A DNA stretch of 64,000 bases from Spirochaetota bacterium (lineage in GTDB: Bacteria; Spirochaetota; UBA4802; JAFGDQ01), in the NCBI GenBank assembly GCA_043803405.1, contig JAZDKB010000015.1, forward strand, positions 128,001 through 192,000, written 5' to 3'. Shown here in pieces: positions 31,868 to 41,034 of the stretch. Position 1 is the first letter of the stretch. Every line of letters starts with the position of its first letter. The position numbers and the translations under genes were made by a program. Below the pieces are notes generated by a model, which was given only the letters and a program-made list of their open reading frames with translations, had not been told where the DNA came from and did no database searches.

Positions 31868-32100
31868 AATAAAGTAAAAACATACTCTTATTATACGGAT
31901 TATAATCGATTATCCTCAATATAATTATCACACTGAAAATATCTTGACAAGTTATTTTTTTTACTAATATAAACGCTTAATGGCATCCGCTGCAAATGAC
32001 CCCGAAACCGACGGGGGTTTGAAATACGCTGCATGAAAAATAAAAGCTTTATTTTGATAAATGCCGCTAAGCCCGGCGGTCTTTAAAGATAAATAAAATT

Positions 32101-32979
32101 ATGATATTATCCAGAATACTGCCTTTTACAGCAAAAAAGAAGCTAACATTTCAAAACGCGTCCGATACAAATAACAATCCTGGAAAATTAAACACCGATA
32201 AGTTCAAGATAAGCAATAAAACTCATTCTATTGGGCAGGATATCCTGTATTTTACAAAAATAGATTCAACAAATACAAAGGCAAAGGAACTTGCGGATAA
32301 AGGGGCAAAAGAAGGCACGATCGTAATAGCGGAAGAACAGACAAAAGGCAGAGGTAGGCTCAACCGCCACTGGATTTCGGCGCCGTACAAGAATATACTT
32401 ATGTCACTGGTTTTCAGGCCAGCTCTGCCCCCATCCAGGATTTATTTGCTGACAATGTCTGCCTCTATCGCGATTGTTAAAGCAATTAAAAAAACCACCG
32501 GACTAAGAACGCAAATAAAATGGCCGAACGATATTTATTATAAGAACAAAAAACTTGCAGGAATATTAACTGAACTGCATATCGACAAGAATAATATTAA
32601 ATACGCTGTAATGGGGATAGGACTGAACGTAAACTTTGACCCTGCCCTATTCCCTGAGATTATTGATATTGCTACAAGCCTTTATAAAGAATGCGGGAGA
32701 ATAATCTCCAGAGAAAAATTACTGAAAAAAATTCTGCTGGAAATGGCTAGGGAGTATTATTTGCTATTGAAGGGAGATGTAAATAAAATTCGCAAAAACT
32801 GGAATAAACATTCATTAGTTACAGGCAAAGCAGTGATAATATCATCCGGCAAATACTCTGAAGAAGGCATTGCGGGAGCTGTTGCGGAAGACGGGTCCCT
32901 CACCCTGATTAAAAGCAACGGCGAGATAAAAAACATATTCTGCGGTGATGTTTCGCTCAGAGTTAAACATCCGTTATAA
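32101..32979 (+). CDS. birA: Biotin--protein ligase without an N-terminal wHTH
   Basis: DSTN, QTKGRGR, IKWPNDI, KKLAGIL, GIGLNVN. Confidence 0.92.
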   Translation: MILSRILPFTAKKKLTFQNASDTNNNPGKLNTDKFKISNKTHSIGQDILYFTKIDSTNTKAKELADKGAKEGTIVIAEEQTKGRGRLNRHWISAPYKNILMSLVFRPALPPSRIYLLTMSASIAIVKAIKKTTGLRTQIKWPNDIYYKNKKLAGILTELHIDKNNIKYAVMGIGLNVNFDPALFPEIIDIATSLYKECGRIISREKLLKKILLEMAREYYLLLKGDVNKIRKNWNKHSLVTGKAVIISSGKYSEEGIAGAVAEDGSLTLIKSNGEIKNIFCGDVSLRVKHPL

Positions 32980-33137
32980 AACAAATATCCTTGACTTTTT
33001 CCGATTATTTTCCTTTCTTGTAATTCTTGCTATAGAGATTGCGCCGAAAGAATGCCGCAAGTACAATGAGGCAAATCTTTTTTTACCGGGCAGCCCCTAA
33101 GATAATTCAAAAATACGGAACACTATAATATAAAGCT

Positions 33138-34163
33138 ATGAAAGAAAAACTAGAAGATATTTTAAAAACCGCGCTTACCGGAATAGAGAGTGCAAAGACC
33201 GCAGAGGATATCGAGAACCTGCGCATTAACGTGCTCGGCAGAAAAGGCGAGCTCACAGGTATATTAAGGTCGCTCGGCAGCCTCCCGCCTGCGGAAAAAG
33301 GCATAGTCGGCAAGCGCTCGAACGAGATAAAGAAGATAATCGAGAGCGCGCTTGACGAAAAGAAAGCGGCTCTCTCGGAAGTCTCTGCCGACCAGCTTGC
33401 CAAAGGTGAGTGGCTGGATGTCACACTTAATACGCCTAAACTCTTTGCCGGGCAGGGCCGTATGCACATTCTTTCTCAGGTTCAGTACGAGATCGAAGAT
33501 ATCTTTAGCTCAATGGGCTTCATGATTATAGACGGCCCCGAAGCCGAGATTGAGTATTACAATTTCGAAGCGCTTAACATACCCAAGCATCATCCCGCGC
33601 GCGACATGCAGGATACGTTCTGGACAGAGGACGGCAACCTGCTGCGGACGCAGACTTCCGCCATCCAGATACGCGCTATGGAAAAGCACACGCCTCCGTT
33701 CAAGATGGTAGGCCCCGGCCGCGTGTTCCGCTACGAAGCTGTAGACGCTTCCCACGAGCACACATTCCACCAGATTGAAGGCATGATGGTCGACAAAGAG
33801 ATATCTGTTTCAAATCTCATTTACATAATGAAGGAGTTCCTCTCCGCCATATTTAAAAAGCAAGCTGTTGTGAGGCTGAGGCCTTCGTACTATCCGTTCG
33901 TTGAGCCGGGATTTGATCTGGATTTTCAGTGCATGATCTGCGGTGGCAAAGGCTGCAAAGTGTGCAAGAACAACGGCTGGATAGAGTTCCTGGGCTGCGG
34001 GCTTGTGCACCCGAACGTGCTCCGCGCAGGCAAGATAGACCCGGACAAATGGTCGGGCTTTGCTTTCGGCATGGGACTTGAGCGCCTTGTAATGATGCGC
34101 TACGGCATAAACGACATACGTCATTTTCAGAGCGGCGACCTGCGCTTCCTGAGTCAATTTTAA
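33138..34163 (+). CDS. pheS: Phenylalanine--tRNA ligase alpha subunit
   Basis: HPARDMQDTF, LLRTQTS, FHQIEG, YPFVEP, GFAFGMGLER. Confidence 0.97.
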   Translation: MKEKLEDILKTALTGIESAKTAEDIENLRINVLGRKGELTGILRSLGSLPPAEKGIVGKRSNEIKKIIESALDEKKAALSEVSADQLAKGEWLDVTLNTPKLFAGQGRMHILSQVQYEIEDIFSSMGFMIIDGPEAEIEYYNFEALNIPKHHPARDMQDTFWTEDGNLLRTQTSAIQIRAMEKHTPPFKMVGPGRVFRYEAVDASHEHTFHQIEGMMVDKEISVSNLIYIMKEFLSAIFKKQAVVRLRPSYYPFVEPGFDLDFQCMICGGKGCKVCKNNGWIEFLGCGLVHPNVLRAGKIDPDKWSGFAFGMGLERLVMMRYGINDIRHFQSGDLRFLSQF

Positions 34164-34174
34164 AAGAATGTTAA

Positions 34175-34363
34175 CCACAGAGTCACTGAGACACAGAGGA
34201 GACGAATCACTATAAATACGGTACTTGATTATTAAAATAGAAAGAAATGGAATTACGTAACGACATTCTTAAGCAGAAGCATTGTAAATATCAAGATACA
34301 GGAATAAGGAACTAGTGTTTGGATATCCGGTCATTATAATTACAAATCTCTGTGCCTCTGTGG
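34175..34363. repeat. CACAGAG-type inverted-repeat element between pheS and pheT
   Basis: CCACAGAGTCACTGAGACACAGAG (34175-34198) and CTCTGTGCCTCTGTGG (34348-34363). Confidence 0.6.
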
Positions 34364-34416
34364 CAAAATAAATCATTAGATCAGTAAAATTTATATTTAT
34401 CTGGAGCACAACTTAC

Positions 34417-36813
34417 ATGTGGATTTCATTGAACTTAATCTCAACTATAACTGACATAAGCGGCATTTCGCCCGAGGACCTTGCGCACAGGCTTACCATG
34501 GCAACTGCCGAGATCGAAAGCATTAAATACATGAACGCGCATTTTGCTAATATAGTCACTGCAAAGATACTGAACGTCAAAAAGCACCCGTCCGCGGACA
34601 AGCTTACGCTCGTTGATCTTGATGCAGGAAGCGAGAACCTGCGCGTTGTGTGCGGCGCCCCGAATCACAAGATAGGCGACATTGTGCCTCTTGCCAGGAT
34701 AGGCGCAAAGTTCAGCGAGGAATTCGTCATAAAGAAGAGCAAGATACGCGGCGAGGAATCGAACGGCATGCTGTGCTCGGCAAAAGAGCTCGGTCTGTCC
34801 GATGATCATTCGGGCATCATGATTTTTCCTGCAGGCACACCGATAGGCAAAACGCTCGCGGAAATGTACCCGGACTGGGTGGACACCCTTCTAGAGCTGG
34901 ACAATAAATCGGTTACCCACAGGCCGGATCTGTGGAGCCATGTGGGCATTGCGCGCGAGATTGGCGCCCTGTTCAACAGACCTGTTAAAAGCATAATTAA
35001 CGAAAAGCTTGAGGCTACATTTAAAAATGCTGACAGCCTTAAGGTGACCATAAACTGCCCGAACGAATGCCCGAGATACTCCGGGCTGGTAGTAAAGAAC
35101 ATAAAGATAGCTGAATCGCCTGACTGGTTAAAGGCAAAGGTAACTGCCATAGGCATGAGGCCTATAAGCAATATAGTTGACCTCACTAACTATGTTATGT
35201 GCGAGGTCGGTGAACCTATGCACGCGTTCGACAGGAAGAAACTCGCAGGCGATGAGATAATAGTGCGCATGGCTACTGACGGAGAAAAGCTTAAGACTCT
35301 TGACCAGCGCGATCATGTGCTGTGCTCGGAGGACATTGTAATAGCAGACAAAAGCGGCCCTATCGCACTTGCAGGAGTAATGGGCGGCGGCAACAGCGAG
35401 ATAGAAGACAGCACAACAGAGATAGTGCTTGAAGCCGCGAACTTCAATGCAGTGAACATACGCAAAACAGCGCACAGGTACAATCTTCCGAGCGATGCTT
35501 CCATGAGATTTGAAAAGTCCCAGTCGCCTGAGCTTACGCGGCCAGCACTGCTCCGGATATATGAGCTGATCAAGCAGATTATACCGGAAGCCGAAGCAAC
35601 AACACCCATCGTAGACACTTATCCTGCAAAATTAAAGGAGATATCGCTCACCACTACCACATCCTATTTGAGGCATAAGCTGGGTGAACAGGTCCCTGAT
35701 GAAAGGATAATCGCGATACTGAGATCGCTTGACTTCGGTGTGGATGTATCCGGCGAAACGCTCAGCATAAAGGTTCCGCATTACAGGGCGACAAAGGACA
35801 TTTCAATAGAAGCCGACATTGTTGAAGAAGTAGGAAGGATTTACGGATACGACAACATTAAGCAGATGTCCCCGCTTGTGCCGTGCGAGGTACCCGAGGA
35901 AAACAGAACCAGGAAATTCGAAAGGCAGGTAAAGAGCATATTGACCGCGAATTATAATATGACAGAGGTAACAGGATACTCGTTCACAGGCGAGGAGCAG
36001 CTGAAGAAAACCGGCATTACAGGCGACAGGGAGCTTAGGCTCCGCCACCCGCTTTCGCAGGATCAGGACAGGCTGAGACGCAGTCTTGTGCCGGCAATGC
36101 TTAAGAACATAAAGTACAACTGCAGATTCATTGACAGCTTTGCCATGTTCGAGCTCGGCCGCGTTTACAAAAAGGAAGACAGGACATCGAAGGACCTTAT
36201 AGTAGAGGAGCGAAGGGTGTGCGGCACGTTCTATATGAAAGACACAAACGAAGAAATATTTTACTATGCTAAAAACGCGATTACTGGGCTTTTGAACGCT
36301 CTTAAAGTAAAAGGCCTTCGCACAAAGCCTGCTACGGATAATATTGAGCTGTACATGCATCCTGGCAGAACGCTCGCGATCGAGATCGGCCCCGGTGTTG
36401 CCGGCCACGTGTTTGAGCTGCACCCGAAGATGTACAAGAACTTCGACTTTGCTGGCAAGGCCGCCATGTTCGACATAAACCTTGAAACTGTGATGAGCAT
36501 CGGGAAAACCGAGATACGCTTTGCAGAGCTTCCGAAGTTCCCGGACGTTCCTTTCGAGATATCGGTCATTGCTGACAAGTACGCGTATGTCGCGGATATC
36601 CATTCGATCATCCAGAAAAGCGCAAAGGACTTTATAAAAAGCATTGACGTATTCTCTGTTTACGAAGGCGCGCCAATACCGCAGGATATGAAATCCGTAT
36701 CTTACAGGATAATATTCAATGCAAAGGACGCCACGCTCACGCCGCAGCAGATAGACGGCCTGCAGAAGAAGGTCATCGATGCACTGAACAAAGGCGGGTT
36801 TAAGCTGAGATAA
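34417..36813 (+). CDS. pheT: Phenylalanine--tRNA ligase beta subunit
   Basis: HPSADKL, VCGAPN, RGEESNGMLCS, PMHAFD, ALAGVMGG, EEVGRIYGY, FDX-ACB C-terminus. Confidence 0.96.
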   Translation: MWISLNLISTITDISGISPEDLAHRLTMATAEIESIKYMNAHFANIVTAKILNVKKHPSADKLTLVDLDAGSENLRVVCGAPNHKIGDIVPLARIGAKFSEEFVIKKSKIRGEESNGMLCSAKELGLSDDHSGIMIFPAGTPIGKTLAEMYPDWVDTLLELDNKSVTHRPDLWSHVGIAREIGALFNRPVKSIINEKLEATFKNADSLKVTINCPNECPRYSGLVVKNIKIAESPDWLKAKVTAIGMRPISNIVDLTNYVMCEVGEPMHAFDRKKLAGDEIIVRMATDGEKLKTLDQRDHVLCSEDIVIADKSGPIALAGVMGGGNSEIEDSTTEIVLEAANFNAVNIRKTAHRYNLPSDASMRFEKSQSPELTRPALLRIYELIKQIIPEAEATTPIVDTYPAKLKEISLTTTTSYLRHKLGEQVPDERIIAILRSLDFGVDVSGETLSIKVPHYRATKDISIEADIVEEVGRIYGYDNIKQMSPLVPCEVPEENRTRKFERQVKSILTANYNMTEVTGYSFTGEEQLKKTGITGDRELRLRHPLSQDQDRLRRSLVPAMLKNIKYNCRFIDSFAMFELGRVYKKEDRTSKDLIVEERRVCGTFYMKDTNEEIFYYAKNAITGLLNALKVKGLRTKPATDNIELYMHPGRTLAIEIGPGVAGHVFELHPKMYKNFDFAGKAAMFDINLETVMSIGKTEIRFAELPKFPDVPFEISVIADKYAYVADIHSIIQKSAKDFIKSIDVFSVYEGAPIPQDMKSVSYRIIFNAKDATLTPQQIDGLQKKVIDALNKGGFKLR

Positions 36814-36846
36814 AGATATTTAAGATATAAACTATATTACTCACTT

Positions 36847-36883
36847 AACAAAGCCCACGGAATATTCCGGGGCTTTGCTGTTT
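36847..36883 (+). terminator. Intrinsic terminator after pheT
   Basis: CAAAGCCC...GGGCTTTG stem followed by T-rich tract. Confidence 0.65.
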
Positions 36884-36970
36884 AATGCTATTTCATTTAA
36901 TCTCACGTCACCTTTACAGATTGAAATTTCTCAGCCAGCGATAAGTTACCCAGTGCTGGATATCGTGTAT

Positions 36971-37269
36971 TTTATGCCCTCACCCCTAACACCTGTGCAA
37001 AGCCTCCCTGAGGGACTCCCGGTACTTTATTCTACAAGTAAAGTAATCCAGCAGTCCAGGAGAGGGGAACCTGAACGAACTACTTAAACAGGTCATATAG
37101 AAGAATATTCGCAATGAGTTTGAGTAACTACGCGATGTCTGAAGGACATTATATCTTGATTAAAACAAATAAGATTAAAGGATATAAAAGGTTCCCCTCT
37201 CCCAGAGCAAAAGAATCCTTTATGCAATATATTAAATTCTGGGAGAGGGGTTAGGGGTGAGGGCATAAA
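36971..37269. repeat. REP/REPIN-like nested palindromic element
   Basis: Perfect 20-bp outer IR 36971-36990/37250-37269; perfect 14-bp inner IR 37059-37072/37189-37202. Confidence 0.8.
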
Positions 37270-37318
37270 TAAATCCTTCTTTAACATCAATGCTAATTTA
37301 GCACAAAAGCTCACTGTG

Positions 37319-37518
37319 GCAGCAACCGAGTCAGCCTGAGACTCTGATATACTTAGCCTGAAATTCTTACAGACTTAGCCTGAGGCAGCATCCGAGTGAT
37401 CATGATCCCAGCACCCGAGTGATCACGGAGGTAGCATCTCTACCTCACGGTCATCGTATCTCTATGACCGTGAGACAGCGACCGGATGACCGTGTATAAG
37501 CATCAGAACCAGCCTGAA
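37319..37518. repeat. Degenerate tandem array of nine 22-23 bp units
   Basis: AGCCTGA(G/A) and AGCA(A/T/C)CCGAGT-like motifs recur at 22-23 bp spacing. Confidence 0.65.
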
Positions 37519-37585
37519 ACTGTATAAAATTTAGATTTTGAATAGAAAAGTATAATAATGAGGTAAATTAAATAAATGCAGTACC

Positions 37586-38107
37586 TTATTTCCCTGCCTT
37601 CTCCAGTTTAAGCTCTAAATACGACTTTGTCTCAAACCTGGAAAGCCCCAGTTTTGCAGCCAGATCAAAAAGCTCCTTCTCCACTTCCATGTCAGTGCCC
37701 AGTTTCTCAAGCTCAACGAAAGCCCCAAGTCCGTCTATGCTGTCAAGACAGACTTCGGTATCGCCTATCCTGTAAATCGTCCTTGTCTTGGCGACTTCGT
37801 CCACAACAGCAAAGCCCAGGCTGCCAAGGATTTCCTTCATAGCAGCCAGATCATCGAACCCGGCTTCCTTTTCAACCCTTGTCTTCGTCTTTGTGCCGAG
37901 CTTCGGGCCCTTGTATGTAAGGATATTTTTCCCGTCCTCGGTTCTTATTCTGAACGCCTCGTCTGTCTCGGCAAAGTTCCTTGCAGGATGTTTATAGTAA
38001 GTGTCTCTTTCTTTAACTGTCTTTACAAGAGTCCCGCCCAGCGACTTTATCTTTGCGATAACCGCGTTATGACTGTCGCAGTATGCCTTTATTTCGATCT
38101 CCAGCAT
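37586..38107 (-). CDS. cyaB: Class IV adenylate cyclase / CYTH-domain protein
   Basis: EIEIK (ExExK), DTYY, FRIR, LTYKGPK, KTRTIY, GLGAFVELE, SYLEL; true substrate not provable. Confidence 0.8.
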   Translation of the reverse strand: MLEIEIKAYCDSHNAVIAKIKSLGGTLVKTVKERDTYYKHPARNFAETDEAFRIRTEDGKNILTYKGPKLGTKTKTRVEKEAGFDDLAAMKEILGSLGFAVVDEVAKTRTIYRIGDTEVCLDSIDGLGAFVELEKLGTDMEVEKELFDLAAKLGLSRFETKSYLELKLEKAGK

Positions 38108-38113
38108 ATATTC

Positions 38114-38986
38114 TCACTTCCCTCTTCTGCCTACAGGCCCGCTAACGGACAGGCCGTCCCCGCCAAGGAACTTCTTCTGCTTCCCGTTAACCTTGAATAT
38201 AACGCTTTCTATGCCTTCGAACTGCGTTGCAGTGTAAACAAGCTGGTCAATCCTTGTGAGCAATATCTCGCCGTTGGCGTTAGATTCAATTGCATCGTTA
38301 AAATCGAGCACCGCGTTTTTACCAACTACATGCACATTGCGTATCCTCAGGTCATCCGGTATTGCAGTCAGGAGCCCCTTCTTTTTCTCCAGCCTGCTTG
38401 GTCCCTTAATGAGCTCGTTTAAAGTATCCTTAAGGGGCGATGCGGAGTTAATGTTTCTTTTAACAGGCTGAAGCGACATCCGTTCGCTGTTTTCACTGTA
38501 TTTAACAAGATATATATAAAACAGGCTTTGCGCCGCATCCTTACTATCCTTAACTTTATTGTCTTTATTATCCTGCCCGGCTTTCTCTTCTTTATTATTC
38601 CTGGCAATCTTATCTTCTCCGGCGTTCTTTACAGCCTTCTCTTCTTTCTGTTCTTTGCCGGCTTTTTCGTTTGCCTTATCTTTCTTCTGCTTCTGTGCAT
38701 CAGCGTCGTTCTTTACTGTTAAATCTTTCGTGCCTGTATCCGAAGCCTTAACCTTTGAGGCAACATCACCCTTCCCTGCCCTGTAATTACTGATGAGCAT
38801 AATAGCAATAACAGTTAAAAGTGCCATTATAGTAAGTACAAACAGCGGGGTCTTGTCCGGTTTGCCTTTAACGGATTTTTTTCTTACCGCACCGGCAGAA
38901 GTCTTTGAGGTTCTCGGTTTTGTTCTGGCTGAACCCGCTTTTTTAGCAGCAGGCTTTTTCTTACCGCCTGTAGTTTTTCCTGCCAT
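38114..38986 (-). CDS. Bitopic membrane protein with GerMN domain
   Basis: Basic N-tail, TM helix, charged linker; LNELIKGP, QLVYTATQFEGIESV.F.VNG. Confidence 0.8.
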   Translation of the reverse strand: MAGKTTGGKKKPAAKKAGSARTKPRTSKTSAGAVRKKSVKGKPDKTPLFVLTIMALLTVIAIMLISNYRAGKGDVASKVKASDTGTKDLTVKNDADAQKQKKDKANEKAGKEQKEEKAVKNAGEDKIARNNKEEKAGQDNKDNKVKDSKDAAQSLFYIYLVKYSENSERMSLQPVKRNINSASPLKDTLNELIKGPSRLEKKKGLLTAIPDDLRIRNVHVVGKNAVLDFNDAIESNANGEILLTRIDQLVYTATQFEGIESVIFKVNGKQKKFLGGDGLSVSGPVGRRGK

Positions 38987-39090
38987 TGCTTATCTCCTTA
39001 AAAAATAGTACTCCTGTTATAATAATTCGGCTAATTTACCCTGTTTTATGATTGATTATTTGGCAGGAAGGATGATTTAATTATTCTAAA

Positions 39091-39371
39091 ACCTCATCCC
39101 CCTAACCCCTAGGTGAAGTCTCCCTATGGGACGGCTAACTTCTACCCACATTTTTAGGAATAGGGGAAAAAAACGGTGAGGAAAGTTCGCGGAATGCTGT
39201 ACTCGCCCCCTAAATCCCCCTAGAGGGGGACTTAAAAACGGAAAAAGTATAAGCGTTTCTCTTTAAAAAAAGCTAAAAGTCCCCCTCTAGGGGGATTTAG
39301 GGGGCCGAAGAAGCAATAATTATCTTTAATAAAATAACATGAAACAACTCCCGGGGATCAAAGGGTGAGGT
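39091..39371. repeat. Diverged REP-like element enclosing a second palindromic element
   Basis: Perfect 29-bp inner IR 39205-39233/39277-39305; imperfect outer IR ACCTCATCCCCCTAACCCC / GGGGATCAAAGGGTGAGGT. Confidence 0.8.
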
Positions 39372-39393
39372 AAAAACTAATCATAGGTTCAAC

Positions 39394-41034
39394 ATGTCAT
39401 CATCATCAAAACGCATTATTATACCTGCAATCGCTTTTTTATTTATACTGGCATCCGGCTCTTTCGGAGCAGACAATTCACCGGACCAGAGTATCAATGA
39501 AAGCAGGCCTAGTGAAACATCCGGCATTTCGTTCTTTCCCCAGGTAGGGCTGCAGCTTGACTGCCGGGCATTTAAAGACAACAAGGCCGATTATACAGCG
39601 CAATCAAGCAGGATCATTGATCTCGATATATTCAGGAAGGGCAATATTCTATTCTCAATGTTTGTTAACGAATATATATGTTACGACGATAATTCGCGTT
39701 ATATCAATCCGAAAACAATCAATTATGAGATGGATTACGGGAAGCTGAGCCGCGAGTTCAGGTACGGCATTCTGAGCATTTTCATGGATCACATCTGCAC
39801 AAACATATACAATGAGAATCATACCGAGGACAGGCAGATGCGCTGGTATGGCTTCGGAATCAGATGGGAATCGTACGGGCTAAGGCCTGGGCAGAAAGAA
39901 TTAAAGAACAATTCCGATAACGCAAATGACATAAATATATTCAATAACCTGAAGTACAAAATATCAATCGACAGACGAATCCGCACAAAAGTAATGAACT
40001 ACGATTACCTGATCACAGGAAGCATAAGGTATGATATATTACACTATTATTTTCTGATCCCCTATATCGAAGGCGAATTCAGATCCCTTATAGATGAGCG
40101 CGCCAGGTATAACCGCTATTTTGAAACAGGAATACGTATGCACTTCGACAGGGGCGACCTGACGCCTTTTATCGGCATAAACCGTAAATACGATATTGAG
40201 TACTACAACAGGCATGCTGTGGACATGTATTATATAGGTCTCCGCGCAGAGACGCTCTTGGCAACCGGCAGCGATAGAACCGGAAGGGAATCCGGAAGCA
40301 GAACAGGAAAGCCGTTTATCTTCCCTGACTTCCGTTTCAGCGGAAGCTACGGGAAATACCTGGCAGACAACAATTTGAATTTCAACACGGATATCCTTAT
40401 AGGGCTGGACTGGTCCCGCGCGTATAAGACATCACCGTTTATAAGCAACACGCTGGTGCATAATTCACAGAAAGCAAGCGCAGGCATGTTCCCGAGATAT
40501 ATTGAAAACACTACCGAAGCAGGCATAGCGCACAGGCTGGATCTTCTCAATGCGTTCATAGAACCTTACTATACTTATGCCCGCTACGACAAGGGCAACT
40601 ACGATTACGGGCATAAGATGAATTATTCAGCCGCAGGCCTGCGTATAATCAGCAGCGAAATGAAAACAGGATACGCGGGTAACAGTGTTGACTTTGACTC
40701 TCCCGCTGTGTATAATTTTATGAACAGAATCGACTGGCTTATCTCTGCTTCAGGAATAATTAACAACAGTTATTATAAATACGACTGGGAGTATAACGTG
40801 AAACTCAGATGGAATCTTTGCCGTTATTACAGATCGGTTCCTTATATTACCGCAGGCATACGTTTATTACATAATAATAATTTCGATGCCGTATACAGCG
40901 CCGAACCCGGAATAAGGATCCAGAACGGGCTGTACTGGATGCTGTTTTACAGATTCGAATACCGCACGGATACAGATCCTGATAACGGCTATTTCAGGAA
41001 TTATCATCTTACAGGGATACGGCTTGAGATATGA
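39394..41034 (+). CDS. Hypothetical outer-membrane protein with internal duplication
   Basis: Signal peptide; Tyr-rich amphipathic strands; two similar halves; ends GIRLEI. Confidence 0.6.
   Translation: MSSSSKRIIIPAIAFLFILASGSFGADNSPDQSINESRPSETSGISFFPQVGLQLDCRAFKDNKADYTAQSSRIIDLDIFRKGNILFSMFVNEYICYDDNSRYINPKTINYEMDYGKLSREFRYGILSIFMDHICTNIYNENHTEDRQMRWYGFGIRWESYGLRPGQKELKNNSDNANDINIFNNLKYKISIDRRIRTKVMNYDYLITGSIRYDILHYYFLIPYIEGEFRSLIDERARYNRYFETGIRMHFDRGDLTPFIGINRKYDIEYYNRHAVDMYYIGLRAETLLATGSDRTGRESGSRTGKPFIFPDFRFSGSYGKYLADNNLNFNTDILIGLDWSRAYKTSPFISNTLVHNSQKASAGMFPRYIENTTEAGIAHRLDLLNAFIEPYYTYARYDKGNYDYGHKMNYSAAGLRIISSEMKTGYAGNSVDFDSPAVYNFMNRIDWLISASGIINNSYYKYDWEYNVKLRWNLCRYYRSVPYITAGIRLLHNNNFDAVYSAEPGIRIQNGLYWMLFYRFEYRTDTDPDNGYFRNYHLTGIRLEI

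Noticed and set aside
31975..32090. tmRNA gene or known riboswitch
   Set aside because: No tRNA-like acceptor or T-arm, and no match to c-di-GMP, c-di-AMP, SAM or SAH consensus that I could recognise
32991..33084. pheM-like attenuator before pheS (TTG-started MTFSDYFPFL plus weak hairpin and T-run)
   Set aside because: No SD, TTGACT is more likely a -35 box, Phe codons are expected in T-rich DNA, the stem is weak and no T-box motif is present
35803..36603. Long antisense ORF in pheT, and similar ones at 4307..5107, 11001..11777 and 44111..44728
   Set aside because: Shadow frames opposite well-supported genes, with no recognisable motifs
36875..37314. ORFs 36875..37087 and 37093..37314 as genes
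   Set aside because: Both contain MPSPLTP translated from the inverted-repeat arms; artefacts of the palindromic element
37319..37518. CRISPR array
   Set aside because: No identical repeats separated by unique spacers, and no cas genes in the window
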